A DNA stretch of 64,000 nucleotides from Squalus acanthias (GCA_030390025.1 CM059431.1:102550001-102614000), one strand, 5' to 3'. Shown: positions 23,396 through 35,396, numbered from the stretch's first letter. Numbers and translations: made by a program. The notes: a model not told the origin generated them from the letters alone.

Positions 23396-26351
23396 AAGTA
23401 ATTAATACAAACTGGTTCCTCCACTAAGACCAAGATGATCAGACTTGTAACCTTCATGGGCTACCATTAGGGCAAAAGGACTTCTGATTATCCACGAGAG
23501 TGCTCTAACTTTTGCAGGGAACAGGTTCTACCCTTATACTCTTCGGCTACCTTAGGCTGCACATACTCATAACAGAAGTGTTAGAATATTTTAAAGTGGT
23601 TTAAATGGTAAAGTATCCCAGCGAGCTTTGCTGTAGAACAGTTGTATAAAAACAATACTGTTGTTAGTCAATGTATATTAAAGCTTGTTGTTTAAAAGCG
23701 CTCGGGCCTGAATCCCATGGAGGTTATTGTTCCAGGACTAACAATCCTTTTTTGCGCTACGCTGGAGGTGTTTACACAAAGTCCTAATCGCTTCGGCTGC
23801 TAACTCTGTCTTACAAGCTTTGTTTTATTGTACTCAGAAATGCGTAGGCCAGTCTTTATCTGCTTCTGCCCTTGCTGGGTGTCCATAGCTCTGATTGCCG
23901 TAGCAGTACTGCAGTGCTATCAGTTGCAGTGGTATGTGGTGTCTTAGCAGCTGTAACCCTTATCTTGGTACCTGATTCCCATGGTTCAGCTTGTTTTGTT
24001 CACACAGAGATGAAAGGCTTCCCTTTAGCACCACCGCCCTCCCCCCCCACCCCCGCACCCTTCCTCCACGTTCTCTCTCTGGCTAAAATGCTGGAGCAAA
24101 GATACTTGACATAGGATTACACAGGATATACGGCACAGAAACAGGCCATTCGGCCCAACCAGTCCATGCCGGTGTTTATGCTCCACTCGAGCCTCCTCCC
24201 GTCTTTCCTCATCTAACTCTATCAGCATAACCCTCTAATCCCTTCTCCCTCATATGCTTGTCCAGCCTCCCCTTAAATGCATCTATACTATTCGCTTCAA
24301 CCACTCCCTGTGGTAGCGAGTTCCACATTCTCACCACTCTCTGGGTAAAGAAGTTTCTTCTGAATTCCCTATTGGATTTCTTGGTGACTATCTTATATTG
24401 ATGGCCTCTAGTTATGCTCTTCCCCACAAGTGGAAACATTCTCTCTGTATCCACTCTATCAAAACCTTTCATAATTTTAAAGACCTCTATTAGCTCACCC
24501 CTCAGCCTTCTTTTTTCGAGAGAAAAGATACCCAGCCTGTTCGTCCTTTCCTGATATGTATACCCTCACATTTCTGGTATCATCCTTGTAAATCTTCTCT
24601 GCACCTTCTCCAGTGCCTCTATATCCTTTTTATAATACGGCGACCAGAACTGTACACAGTACGCTAAGTGTGGTCTAACCAAGGTTAGATACAGGTTTAG
24701 CATAACTTCTCTACTTTTCAATTCTATCTCTCTAGAAATAAGTCCTAGTGCTTGGTTTGCATTTTTATTGCCTTGCTAACCTGTGTCGCAACTTTTAATG
24801 ATTTGTGTATTTGTACTCCTAGATCCCTTTGTTCCTCTACCCCACCTAGACTCGCACCCTCCAAGTGATAAGTGACCTCCCTATTCTTCCTACCAAAATG
24901 TAATACCTCACATTTATCTGTGTTGAACTTCATTTGCCAATTATATGCCCATTCTGCAAGTTTATTAATGTCCTCCTATAACTTGTTGCTGTCCTCCTCA
25001 GTATTGACTATCCCCCTCCTCAATTTGGTGTCATCCGCAAATTTAGAAATTGTGTTTTTGATTCCAAAGTCTAAATCGTTAATGTAAATTGTGAACAGCA
25101 GTGGTCCCAGCACTGATCCTTGTGGAACACCACTACCCACCTTCTGCCACTGTGAATAGCTACCCTTTACTCCTACTCTCTGCATTTTTTCTTGAAGCCA
25201 GCGAGCTGTATTTTGCTATTGTATTAGCTATCCATTCTGCTACTTGTCCCCTGACTCCGTATTCTCTGACCTTGTTCATTAGCCTATTATGGGGTACCTT
25301 ATCAAAGGCCTTTTGAAAATCTAGATAAATTACATCTACTGCATTACCATTGTCTACTCTCTCAGTTACCTCTTCAAAAAATTCAATGAGGTTGGAAATC
25401 CATGCTGACTATTCCTTATTATATTTTTGGTTTCTAGATGTTCTTTTATTTTCTCCTTTAGTAGGGATTCCATTATTTTTGCTACCACTGATGTTAAGCT
25501 GACTGGTCTATAATTTCCTGGACATGTTCTATCCCCCTTCTTGAATATGGGTATTACGTTAGCTATCACCAGTCTACTGGCACTACACCTTTTTCTAACG
25601 AATTATTAAATATGTGTAGTAATGCCTCTGCTATCTCTTCCCTAGATTCTTTCAAAATGCATGGATGCAATCCATCCGGACCGGGGGTTTTATCCTCTTT
25701 GAGTTTGATTAATTTATTTAATATACCCCCTCTTTTTATTTTAAATGCACTTATCTCATTACTAATCTCATCATCCAATGTCATGTCCACCTGTTCTATC
25801 TCCCTGGTAAATACTGAAGCAAAATAATTATTTAATATTTCTGCCATCTCTCTATCGTTACCTGTGGTATTATCTTGTCTATCCCTTAATGGCCCTATTC
25901 CCATCCCAACCTTCCTTTTTTATTGATGCGCCTGTAAAATATTTTACTATTTTGTTTTATGTTCCTTGACAATTTAATTTCATAGTTCCTCTTTGCCTTC
26001 CTAATTGTTTTTTTGACTTCTCTCCTAATCTCTTCGTATTCTCCCTTATCATGCACTCCCCTGCTGTCCATGTACTTAATGTTTGCCTTGTGGCGGATCG
26101 CCACCCAAAACGGGCATAATCCACTCTTCCGTCTGTGGACAAATTTCCAGCCCCTCCCCTTTAAGGCACATTACCTTTAAGGCAGAAGGGGGCGGGGCCT
26201 CAGGTTTTACCCAGAGAATTCTGGGAGTTTTTCCAGAGAATTCTGGGAGCAGCTCTCGCAGCCGTTTTGTTATAGCATGCAGTGAATAAAAGTTTCTTGT
26301 TTTCCACACATGGATTCAGCCTCCATTCGTGTTTCGCGGCAGCCTCAACAT

Positions 26352-26366
26352 TGGTGACCCCGACGT
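26352..26366 (+). promoter_or_regulatory. Primer-binding site complementary to tRNA-Trp 3' end
   Basis: TGGTGACCCCGACGT lies one base after the 5' LTR and matches the first 15 nt of the canonical Trp PBS TGGTGACCCCGACGTGAT. Confidence 0.9.
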
Positions 26367-26390
26367 TCAGAACGTATTCCGAGCACTGCA

Positions 26391-29300
26391 ATGACGGACA
26401 CGAACGCAGTTTCCGTGAAACTGCCGGAGTTTTGGGAAAACCAGCCCGAAGCCTGGTTTCTCCAAGCTGAATCTTGCTTCCGGCTGCGAAATATCACCAC
26501 AGATGGGACGAAGTACGACTATCTCGTCACATCACTCAGTAATGCCACAGTTTCCAAGGTTTGGACAACGCTGCAGAACCCACCAGAGGAAGGCAAGTAC
26601 GCACATCTCAGAACAGCGCTCCTTAAAAAATTTACGGCCTCGGCATATCAGCGAAACTGCCACCTCTTCGACCTTCCATGTCTCGGTGATGCCTCACCGT
26701 CAGACCTCCTCTCCCACATGCTCTCCCTCACCGACGAGAGCCCACCCGGATCCCTCTTCCGCACGCTGTTCATCCGCCAGCTCCCTCTCAGCATCCGCCC
26801 AGCGATCGTGGCGTCCGGCCTCACGAACCTGGAAGCCCTGGCCGATGAGGCCGACAAGCTGCTGTCCGCTCACTCCAGCCGCGACGTCACTCCGGACCTG
26901 GCAGCCAATGCCTGGGCGCGCCCCTCACCATCCAGCACACGGCTACAAGGGCCTGTCACCAGGCACACGGGGCCTTCACGCCCCACTAACCCGGGCCACT
27001 GTTACTACCACACACGGTTCGGCGCCAGGGCACAACGGTGCACACCTCCCTGCTCTTTCAAGTCCGCCCCCGTTCCAGCCCCCGCGATGGCCATGGGCCA
27101 CGCGGGCTCTCTGCTGTTCGTCACGGATGACAAAACCGGCCGCCGGTTCCTGTGCGACACTGGGGCTCAGCACAGCATCATCCCGGCCTCCTCCCTCGAC
27201 ATCCAAAAGGGCGAACGAGGACCGGCGCTGGCTGCTGCTAATGGCTCGGAAATCCGGACGTATGGCACCCGGACAGTCACCCTCGACCTCGCTGGTCACC
27301 GCTACCGATGGGAGTTCATCACTGCCAAGGTGCTCTCCCCTCTCATCGGCGCAGATTTCCTGTGCGCCCACGGCCTACTGGTAGACATCCCTCGTCACCG
27401 CCTCGTGGACATGAACACCATGTCCCCCATCCTGGGCGCCATGGCCCCCCGTCAACCCGCCGACATGGCATCACAGTGCCACGCCCGGGCCACGGATGAC
27501 TACTCGGCTCTCCTGGCCGAATTCCCGGCCCTTACCAATCCGACCTTCTCCGCGGAAGCCGCCAAACACGGGGTGGAACACTTCATCCCCACCACAGGCC
27601 CCCCAGTGTACGCCCACGCCCGCAGGCTGGACCCGGCCAAACTGGAGATCGTGCAGACCGAGTTTGCCACCATGGAACAGCTCGGCATCATCCGCCGCTC
27701 CAACAGTCCCTGGGCCTCCCCACTCCACATCGCCCCCAAACCAGGCGGAGGTTGGCACCCCTGCGGGGATTACTGCCGCCTCAATGACGCCACCACCCCT
27801 GATCGGTACCCCATGCCGCACATTCAGGACTTCTCGGCTAGACTGGCCGGCCGCTCAGTCTTTTCCAAGGTCGACCTGGTGCGCGGCTACCACCAAGTCC
27901 CCGTCCACCCCGCGGACGTCCCCAAGACGACCGTAATCACCCCCTTCGGTCTGTTCGAGTTCCTGTGGATGCCCTTCGGCCTCAAAAACGCGGCCCAGGC
28001 ATTCCAACGGCTCATGGACTCGGTCCTTCGGGACCTGAAGTTCCTGTTCGTCTACCTGGACGACATCCTGGTAGCCAGTTCCTCCAAGCAGGAACACCTC
28101 GAACACCTTCGCATCCTGTTCGGGCGCCTCAGCGACCACGGGCTCATCCTTAGCCCAGCCAAATGCCAGTTCGGCCTGGACAAGATCGACTTCCTCGGCC
28201 ACCACATCACCCATGCTGGGGCCATTCCCCTGCCCACCAAGGTGCAGGCCGTCCAACAATTTCCCCGCCCCACCACCATCAAAGGCCTCCAGGAGTTCCT
28301 CGGGATGGTGAATTTCTATAACCGCTTCATCCCCAAAGCGGCGTCCCTCATGAGGCCCCTGTATGAAGCCCTCCGGGGCAGGAGCAGCAAGATGGCGGTC
28401 GAATGGACGGCAGACGCGTCCGCCGCCTTCGATTCCACCAAGACCGCGCTCGCCAATGCCACCCTGCTCGCGCACCCACGGCCCAATGCCAGGGTAGCGC
28501 TCACCACGGACGCCGCCGACCACGCGGTCGGCGCCATGTATGAGCAGTGGGTCGACGGCACCTGGCAACCACTTGCCTTCTTCAGCCACCAACTACGCCC
28601 CCCGGAGGTCAAGTACAGCACCATCGACCGCGAGCTCCTCGCGCTGTTCCTGGCGGTCCGCCATTTCCGGTTTTTGCTTGAGGGCCACCCCTTCACTGCG
28701 TTTGTCGACCACAAGCCCCTGACATTTGCAATGGCAAAGACAACCGACCCCTGGTCCGCCAGGCAGCAGCGCCAGCTCGCGGCAGTGTCCGAGTTCACCA
28801 CGGACATCCAACACGTCTCCGGCCGAGACAATGTGGTAGCCGACTGCCTCTCACGCCCCGCCATCCACGCCGCACACCTAGCAGTCGACTACGCTCAACT
28901 CGCAGCAGACCAGATCACCGACCCTGATCTGCTCTCCGCACCCACCAACCTACCAGGGCTACGCCTGGCTGACGTCGCCTGTGGCCCGACCGCAGTCACG
29001 GTCAAGTGCGACATATCCCTATGTCAACCTCGGCCCGTCGTCCCAGCGTCCTGGCGCCGCCAGGTATTCGACATTCTCCACAACCTCTCCCACCCCGGCG
29101 CCCGCGCATCCATCAAATTGGTAGCCAACCGCTTTGTATGGCGCGGCCTTCGCAAGGATGTATGTACTTGGGCCAACTCCTGCCTAGCCTGCCAACGGGC
29201 CAAGGTACAGCAACACACGAAAGCACCCCTCGAGGAGTTTACCGTCCCCTCGCGGAGATTCGACCACATCCACGTGGACATCGTCGGGCCCCTGCCGCCG

Positions 29301-30203
29301 TCGCAAGGCCACACGCACTTGCTGACCATCATTGACCGCACCACACGCTGGCCTGAGGCAATTCCACTGACCTCTACCACCACCGCCGACATCGCCAGAG
29401 CCTTCGTCGGCACCTGGGTCGCACGGTTCGGCGTCCCCTCCGACATGACGTCGGACAGAGGTCCGCAATTTACCTCTGAACTCTGGACCGCCGTCGCACG
29501 CAATCTCGGGGTGACCATTCACCGCACCACAGCGTACCACCCCCAAGCCAACGGACTGTGTGAGCGGTTCCACAGATCCTTGAAGGCATCTCTTCGAGCC
29601 AGCCTCCAAGACGGCGCCTGGACCGATCGACTTCCGTGGGTCCTCCTCGGCCTGCGCACCGTGGTTAAAGAAGACCTCCACGCATCGGCAGCAGAGCTCG
29701 TGTACGGTCAGCCGCTGCGCGTACCCGGCGAGTTCCTGCCCACCGCCACGACACCCTGGTCAGCCGACCAGCAACGCCACAACTTCGCCTCACCGGCGCT
29801 GCAGTTCGCCCCGGTGCCCATTGCCCGACACGGCGAATCCATCTCACACGTCCCACTAAGCCTGCACCAGGCACGGTTTGTTTTCGTCCGGCACGACGCC
29901 CACCGCGGACCCCTTCAACCCCCATATGACGGGCCCTACAAGGTGCTACAGGCTGGGGACAAATTTTTCACCCTGCAAGTGGGCGACAGGACCGAAAAAG
30001 TGTCGGTGGACCGACTCAAGCCAGCACACTCGGAGCCCGGGGAGCAGGTCCCTGTAGCTCGTCCACCTCCACGAGGCCAACCTGCCCTCAAGCCAGTTCA
30101 CCCGGCTGCTCCACGCCCGGCCGTTCCACGTTCACCGGCGTCCTACAAGAGCCGCTCCGGCCGGCCCATCAGACCGCTGCACCATCTCGTCCACACCTCC
30201 TAA
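26391..30203 (+). CDS. Gag-Pol polyprotein (Gag with CHCC knuckle, protease, RT, RNase H, integrase)
   Basis: VKLPEFW...WFLQAE N-terminus, CYYH-x9-C-x3-C, LCDTGA, YLDD, TTDA...RELLA...DHKPL...ADCLSR, HNLSH...CLAC and the D-D-E triad (HVDIVG, SDRG, CERFH). Confidence 0.96.
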   Translation: MTDTNAVSVKLPEFWENQPEAWFLQAESCFRLRNITTDGTKYDYLVTSLSNATVSKVWTTLQNPPEEGKYAHLRTALLKKFTASAYQRNCHLFDLPCLGDASPSDLLSHMLSLTDESPPGSLFRTLFIRQLPLSIRPAIVASGLTNLEALADEADKLLSAHSSRDVTPDLAANAWARPSPSSTRLQGPVTRHTGPSRPTNPGHCYYHTRFGARAQRCTPPCSFKSAPVPAPAMAMGHAGSLLFVTDDKTGRRFLCDTGAQHSIIPASSLDIQKGERGPALAAANGSEIRTYGTRTVTLDLAGHRYRWEFITAKVLSPLIGADFLCAHGLLVDIPRHRLVDMNTMSPILGAMAPRQPADMASQCHARATDDYSALLAEFPALTNPTFSAEAAKHGVEHFIPTTGPPVYAHARRLDPAKLEIVQTEFATMEQLGIIRRSNSPWASPLHIAPKPGGGWHPCGDYCRLNDATTPDRYPMPHIQDFSARLAGRSVFSKVDLVRGYHQVPVHPADVPKTTVITPFGLFEFLWMPFGLKNAAQAFQRLMDSVLRDLKFLFVYLDDILVASSSKQEHLEHLRILFGRLSDHGLILSPAKCQFGLDKIDFLGHHITHAGAIPLPTKVQAVQQFPRPTTIKGLQEFLGMVNFYNRFIPKAASLMRPLYEALRGRSSKMAVEWTADASAAFDSTKTALANATLLAHPRPNARVALTTDAADHAVGAMYEQWVDGTWQPLAFFSHQLRPPEVKYSTIDRELLALFLAVRHFRFLLEGHPFTAFVDHKPLTFAMAKTTDPWSARQQRQLAAVSEFTTDIQHVSGRDNVVADCLSRPAIHAAHLAVDYAQLAADQITDPDLLSAPTNLPGLRLADVACGPTAVTVKCDISLCQPRPVVPASWRRQVFDILHNLSHPGARASIKLVANRFVWRGLRKDVCTWANSCLACQRAKVQQHTKAPLEEFTVPSRRFDHIHVDIVGPLPPSQGHTHLLTIIDRTTRWPEAIPLTSTTTADIARAFVGTWVARFGVPSDMTSDRGPQFTSELWTAVARNLGVTIHRTTAYHPQANGLCERFHRSLKASLRASLQDGAWTDRLPWVLLGLRTVVKEDLHASAAELVYGQPLRVPGEFLPTATTPWSADQQRHNFASPALQFAPVPIARHGESISHVPLSLHQARFVFVRHDAHRGPLQPPYDGPYKVLQAGDKFFTLQVGDRTEKVSVDRLKPAHSEPGEQVPVARPPPRGQPALKPVHPAAPRPAVPRSPASYKSRSGRPIRPLHHLVHTS

Positions 30204-32006
30204 GCGGATTCTGGGGGGAGCTGTGTGGCGGATCGCCACCCAAAACGGGCATAATCCACTCTTCCGTCTGTGGACAAATTTCCAGCCCCTCCCCTTTAAG
30301 GCACATTACCTTTAAGGCAGAAGGGGGCGGGGCCTCAGGTTTTACCCAGAGAATTCTGGGAGTTTTTCCAGAGAATTCTGGGAGCAGTTCTCGCAGCCAT
30401 TTTGTTATAGCATGCAGTGAATAAAAGTTTCTTGTTTTCCACACATGGATTCAGCCTCCATTCGTGTTTCGTGGCAGCCTCAACAGCCTCTTTCCTTACC
30501 CTCAATTGTTCCCTTATGGCTTTATTCATCCATGGAGTCTCATTATTGTTTAGTTTGTTCTTTCCTTTTAGCGGAATATATTGTTCCTGCACTCTGCTGA
30601 ACACCATTTTAAATGTTTCCCATTGCTGTTCTACATCGTTGTTTGCCAATATTGTTGCCCATTTTATTTTCCCAAGTTCTATTTTCAGCCGCTCAAAATC
30701 AGCTTTTCTCCAATCCATTAACCTGGTTTTTGTCATACTTATATCCTTCTCAATTATCATCTTAAAGCGTATTATATTATGGTAACTATTGTCTAGCTGT
30801 TCCCCTACTTTTACTTTTCTTAACTGCTCTGGTTCATTCCCCATTATTAAGTCCAATAGCGAATCCTCCCTTGTTGTGCTTTTTACATATTGGGTTAGAA
30901 AGGAGTCCTGTAGACATTGTAGGAATTCCATTCCCTTATCCCCTTTACCTACCTCTTCTGTCCAATTATTATCGGGGTAGTTGAAATCCCCTATTATTAT
31001 TATTCTTTTGTTTTACTCATTTCCCTAATTTGTCTGCATATTTTTTCCTCCACCTCCCTTCCATGATCAGGTAGTCTGTAGACTATGCCAATTAGTGTGA
31101 TTGATCCTTTATTATCTTTTATCTCCATCCATATGGATTCTATTTTTGTCTTGCTGATATCTACGTCACTTTTTTCTACTGCCATTCTGTTATCCCTAAT
31201 AAGTACAGCTACTCCACCTCCCCTTTTTCCCTCTCTATCTTTTCTAAATATGTTATACGCTGCAATGTTTAATTCCCAGTCCTGATTTTTCTGTAGCCAT
31301 GTCTCAGTAATCCCTACTATGTCTGATTCCTCACAACACATGATTGCCTCCAGCTCACCTGTTTTATTCCGGACACTGTGTGCATGGCTGCACAGAGAGT
31401 TTAACTCATTTTTAATAGGATTTCCTCTCACTTTATGTTTAACCATCTTTTTAGATTCTTGTTCCATAACTCTATTTATTCCCATGTCATCAATGTCCTC
31501 CCTTACTTTATTCTTTCCTATGCTCTCTTTTCCTGTTTTGGTTATATTTAGGCTGGTTACATTTCTTGTAGATCCCTCCCCCCATCTTACTAGTTTAAAG
31601 CCTTTGTCACCTCCCTATTTACCCTTTCCGCTAGGACACGGGTTCCATCCTGGTTCAGGTGGAGCCCATCCCATCGGTACAGCTCCTTCCTGTCCCAGAA
31701 CTGGTGCCAGTGTCCCATGAAAAGGAACCCCTCTTTCCCACACCAGCCCTTTAGCCACGTGTTAATTCTCCTGATCTGTCTGTTTCTATGCCAATTTGCA
31801 CGTGGCTCAGGCAATAATCCAGAGATTATTACCCTCGAGTGGTTTAAATGGTAAAGTATCCCAGCGTGCTTTGCTGTAGAACAGTTGTATAAAAACAATA
31901 CTGTTGTTAGTCAATGTATATTAAAGCTTGTTGTTTAAAAGCACTCGGGCAACACACCCTTCGGGATTCTCGTTCTTGGAGGACGCTATCTATCCCCCTA
32001 ATTATA

Positions 32007-32769
32007 GGCCCAGAAATTCGCCTCTCTGGCTTGCCGCGGGGATAAGGATCGCGCGCGCACTTACCTACCGCGCCTGCCGTTGTGTTTTGGGCCCACGGGA
32101 ACTTCAGCTCCTGGGCCTGCTCCAACTGCCGGCGCGCAGTGCGTATGTGTCCCAGGGGCGCAGTTAGTGCGATGCGTCCCCTGGGATCACGTGGGCCATG
32201 GAGAGCCAATGGCAGCAGACCATCTTTCATTCATAGATTTGACAGGAGACCTGTCAAATCTGTGAATTGAAATCGGCCCCAAAAGAACAGCTAAACTTAA
32301 AATAAATTTTTAAAAAACCATCACATTTATAAAATAACTATAGTTAAATAAATTAACCACTTTAAACAAAAATTTAAATTTTTGAAAAAATTAAAATACT
32401 TTTTAAAAGTGATAAAAATAAACTTACCTTTCTTTAAAGTATCTAAAAAAGATAAACCTGTTGAAATTTTTTTAAAATTATACTTAATTAACCACTTACC
32501 TTGTTGAAAACGGGTCTTGTGCTTCCTTTTCATTAGCGTAGGTTCTTCACCACTTACCCTCCCGTAGAAACCTGAAAAAAAACCTAAGTGTGCTGCGTGC
32601 GCGCAGCCTCTACCACGCACGCGGTTCACCTAGGAACCGCCCCCTTCACCATACCGGAAGTTCCGGTTTCCCGCGCATGCGCAGTGCATGCAGGAAACCG
32701 GCACTTCGGGACGCTTTACGGGTGAGTACGCACTGTGTACTCACCCGGGAAGGGCCGAATTTTTGGCCC
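32007..32769. mobile_element. Harbinger-type MITE inserted in CR1 ORF1
   Basis: TIRs GGCCCAGAAATTCG / CGAATTTTTGGCCC and a 3-bp TSD ATA (32004-32006, 32770-32772). Removing it restores GNSIIRG. The core is AT-rich. Confidence 0.85.
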
Positions 32770-33099
32770 ATAGAGTTCCCTATCACTACCACATTTCTAT
32801 TCTGCTTTTCCCCACCTTCGACAGCCTTCTGAGCCACGGTCTAGCCTTATTTTATTTATTTAATTAGTTAAAGTCTTTATTCAACGAATATTTATAGTTA
32901 TATTTATAGCTATATTAATTAGTTTAACTAGTTAAGCTATAAATTTAATACAGTACGTTATAGTTTCCAGGTCCTAGTTTAAACCACTGTCCTAGGTTAG
33001 AGAGAGAAAAAACGGTAATACTCACCCACCAATCACCTACCTGCTATCCTGTGATGTCACTCCTTAATTTTTTATTGTTGCTCTCTCTCCTTCGTTCCC

Positions 33100-35362
33100 G
33101 CTCCTTGTATCCCCGTCGCTCTCGCTCTCGCTGGTCCCACTCTCGCTCTCGCTCGGGTCGCCTCTCCTTGTATCCCCGTCGCTCTCGCTGGTCCCACTCT
33201 CGCTCTCGCTCGGGTCGCCTCTCCTTGTATCCCCGCCGCTCTCGCTGGTCTCGCTCTCGCTGGTCCCACTCTCGCTCTCGCTCGGGTCGCCGCTCCTTGT
33301 ATCCCCGTCGCTCTCGCTGGTCCCGCTCTCGCTCTCGCTCTCGCTCGGGTCGCCTCTCCTTGTATCCCCGTCGCTCTCGCTGGTCCCGCTCTCGCTCTCG
33401 CTCTCGCTCGGGTCGCCTCTCCTTGTATCCCCGTCGCTCTCGCTGGTCTCGCTCTCGCTCGGGTCGCCTCTCCTTGTATCCCCGTCGCTCTCGCTGGTCC
33501 CACTCTCACTCTGGTCCCGCCCTCGCTGGTCCCGCTCTCGCTCTCGCTCTCGCTCGGGTCGCCTCTCCTTGTATCCCCGTCGCTCTCGCTGGTCCCGCTC
33601 TCGCTCTCGCTCTCGCTCGGGTCGCCTCTCCTTGTATCCCCGTCGCTCTCGCTGGTCTCGCTCTCGCTCGGGTCGCCTCTCCTTGTATCCCCGTCGCTCT
33701 CGCTGGTCCCGCTCTCGCTCTCGCTCTCGCTCGGGTCGCCTCTCCTTGTATCCCCGTCGCTCTCGCTGGTCCCGCTCTCACTCTGGTCCTGCCCTCGCTG
33801 GTCTCGCTCTCGCTCTCGCTCTGGTCTCGGGTCGCCGCTCCTTGTATCCCCGTCGCTCTCGCTGATCTCGCTCTCGTTGGTCCCGCTCTCGCTCTCGCTC
33901 GGGTCGCCGCTCCTTTTATCCCCGTCGCTCTCGCTGGTCCCGCTCTCGCTCTCGCTCGGGTCGCCTCTCCTTTTATCCCCGTCGCTCTCGCTGGTCTCGC
34001 TCTCGCTCGGGTCGCCTCTCCTTTTATCCCCGTCGCTCTCGCTGGTGCGCTGTCGCTCTCGCTGGTCTCGCTCTGGTCCCGCTCTCACTCTCGCTTGGGT
34101 CGCCGCTCCTTGTATCCCCGTCGCTCTCGCTGGTCCCGCTCTCGCTCTCGCTCGGGTTGCCGCTCCTTGTATCCCCGTCGCTCTCGCTGGTCCCGCTCTC
34201 GCTCTCGCTCGGGTCGCCTCTCCTTTTATCCCCGTCGCTCTCGCTGGTCCCGCTCTCGCTCTCGCTCGGGTCGCCTCTCCTTTTATCCCCGTCGCTCTCG
34301 CTGGTCTCGCTCTCGCTCGGGTCGCCTCTCCTTTTATCCCCGTCGCTCTCGCTGGTCCCACTCTCGCTCTCGCTCGGGTCGCCTCTCCTTGTATCCCCGC
34401 CGCTCTCGCTGGTCTCGCTCTCGCTGGTCCCACTCTCGCTCTCGCTCGGGTCGCCTCTCCTTTTATCCCCGTCGCTCTCGCTGGTCCCGCTCTCGCTCTC
34501 GCTGGTCTCGCTCTCGCTCGGGTCTCGGGTCGCCTCTCCTTGTATCCCCGTCGCTCTCGCTGGTCCCGCTCTCACTCTGGTCCCGCCCTCGCTGGTCTCG
34601 CTCTCGCTCTCGCTCTGGTCTCGGGTCGCCGCTCCTTGTATCCCCGTCGCTCTCGCTGATCTCGCTCTCGCTGGTCCCGCTCTCGCTCGGGTCTCGGGTC
34701 GCCGCTCCTTTTATCCCCGTCGCTCTCGCTGATCTCGCTCTCGCTGGTCTCGCTCTCGCTCGGGTCGCCTCTCCTTTTATCCCCGTCGCTCTCGCTGGTC
34801 CCGCTCTCGCTGGTCTCGCTCTCGCTCGGGTCTCAGGTCGCCGCTCCTTTTATCCCCGTCGCTCTCACTGGTCCCGCTCTCGCTGGTCTCGCTCGGGTCT
34901 CAGGTCGCCGCTCCTTGTATCCCCGTCGCTCTCGCTGGTCTCGCTCTCGCTGGTCTCGCTCTCGCTCTCGCTCGGGTCGCCTCTCCTTGTATCCCCGTCG
35001 CCCTCGCTGGTCCCGCTCTCGCTCTCGCTCGGGTCGCCGCTCCTTTTATCCCCGTCGCTCTCGCTGGTCTCGCTCTCGCTCTCGCTCGGGTCGCCTCTCC
35101 TTTTATCCCCGTCGCTCTCGCTGGTCTCGCTCTCGCTGGTCTCGCTCTCGCTCGGGTCGCCTCTCCTTTTATCCCCGTCGCTCTCGCTGGTCTCGCTCTC
35201 GCTCTCGCTCGGGTCGCCTCTCCTTTTATCCCCGTCGCTCTCGCTGGTCTCGCTCTCGCTCTCGCTCGGGTCGCCTCTCCTTTTATCCCCGTCGCTCTCG
35301 CTGGTCTCGCTCTCGCTCTCGCTCGGGTCGCCGCTCCTTGTATCCCCACCGCTCTCGCTCTG
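33100..35362. repeat. CpG-rich minisatellite of ~45-70-bp units built on CTCTCG hexamers
   Basis: Unit approximately CTCCTT(G/T)TATCCCCGTCGCTCTCGCTGGTC(C/T)CG(CTCTCG)nCTCGGGTCGCC. The top strand is strongly pyrimidine-rich. Confidence 0.97.
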
Positions 35363-35396
35363 GTGACCATTTAAACAACTTAAAAATATTCTAACA

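Larger units (their letters stand above)
26089..30485 (+). mobile_element. Full-length Ty3/Gypsy LTR retrotransposon, CsRn1 lineage
   Basis: LTRs 26089-26350 and 30224-30485 (262 bp, TG...CA, 3 differences by eye). TSD GCCT at 26085-26088 and 30486-30489. PBS, a G-rich PPT at ~30213-30220 and a single gag-pol ORF are present. Confidence 0.97.
24111..33090 (-). mobile_element. Near full-length degenerate CR1 hosting Gypsy, LTR-fragment and MITE insertions
   Basis: Ordered 5'UTR (~33090-32830), ORF1 esterase pieces (VIGNSIIRG, WDGLHLN), EN (ITETW), RT (GVPQGS, FADD) and a 3' tail at 24111. The frame rejoins across the Gypsy as QLRVRKEA|NIKYMD. Confidence 0.9.

Noticed and set aside
26503..29925. 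Alternative-frame and antisense ORFs within the Gypsy element, including a possible env
   Set aside because: Expected in GC-rich coding DNA. No domain motifs, and no room for env between pol and the PPT.
33100..35362. CRISPR-like repeat array (also considered for 50858-51025)
   Set aside because: No unique spacers and no cas genes; the context is vertebrate.
23168..35396. One 12-kb LTR retrotransposon bounded by CTCTT
   Set aside because: The left LTR is already followed by hAT host sequence, no PBS or matching internal region was found, and the interior is mostly CR1 and unrelated insertions.
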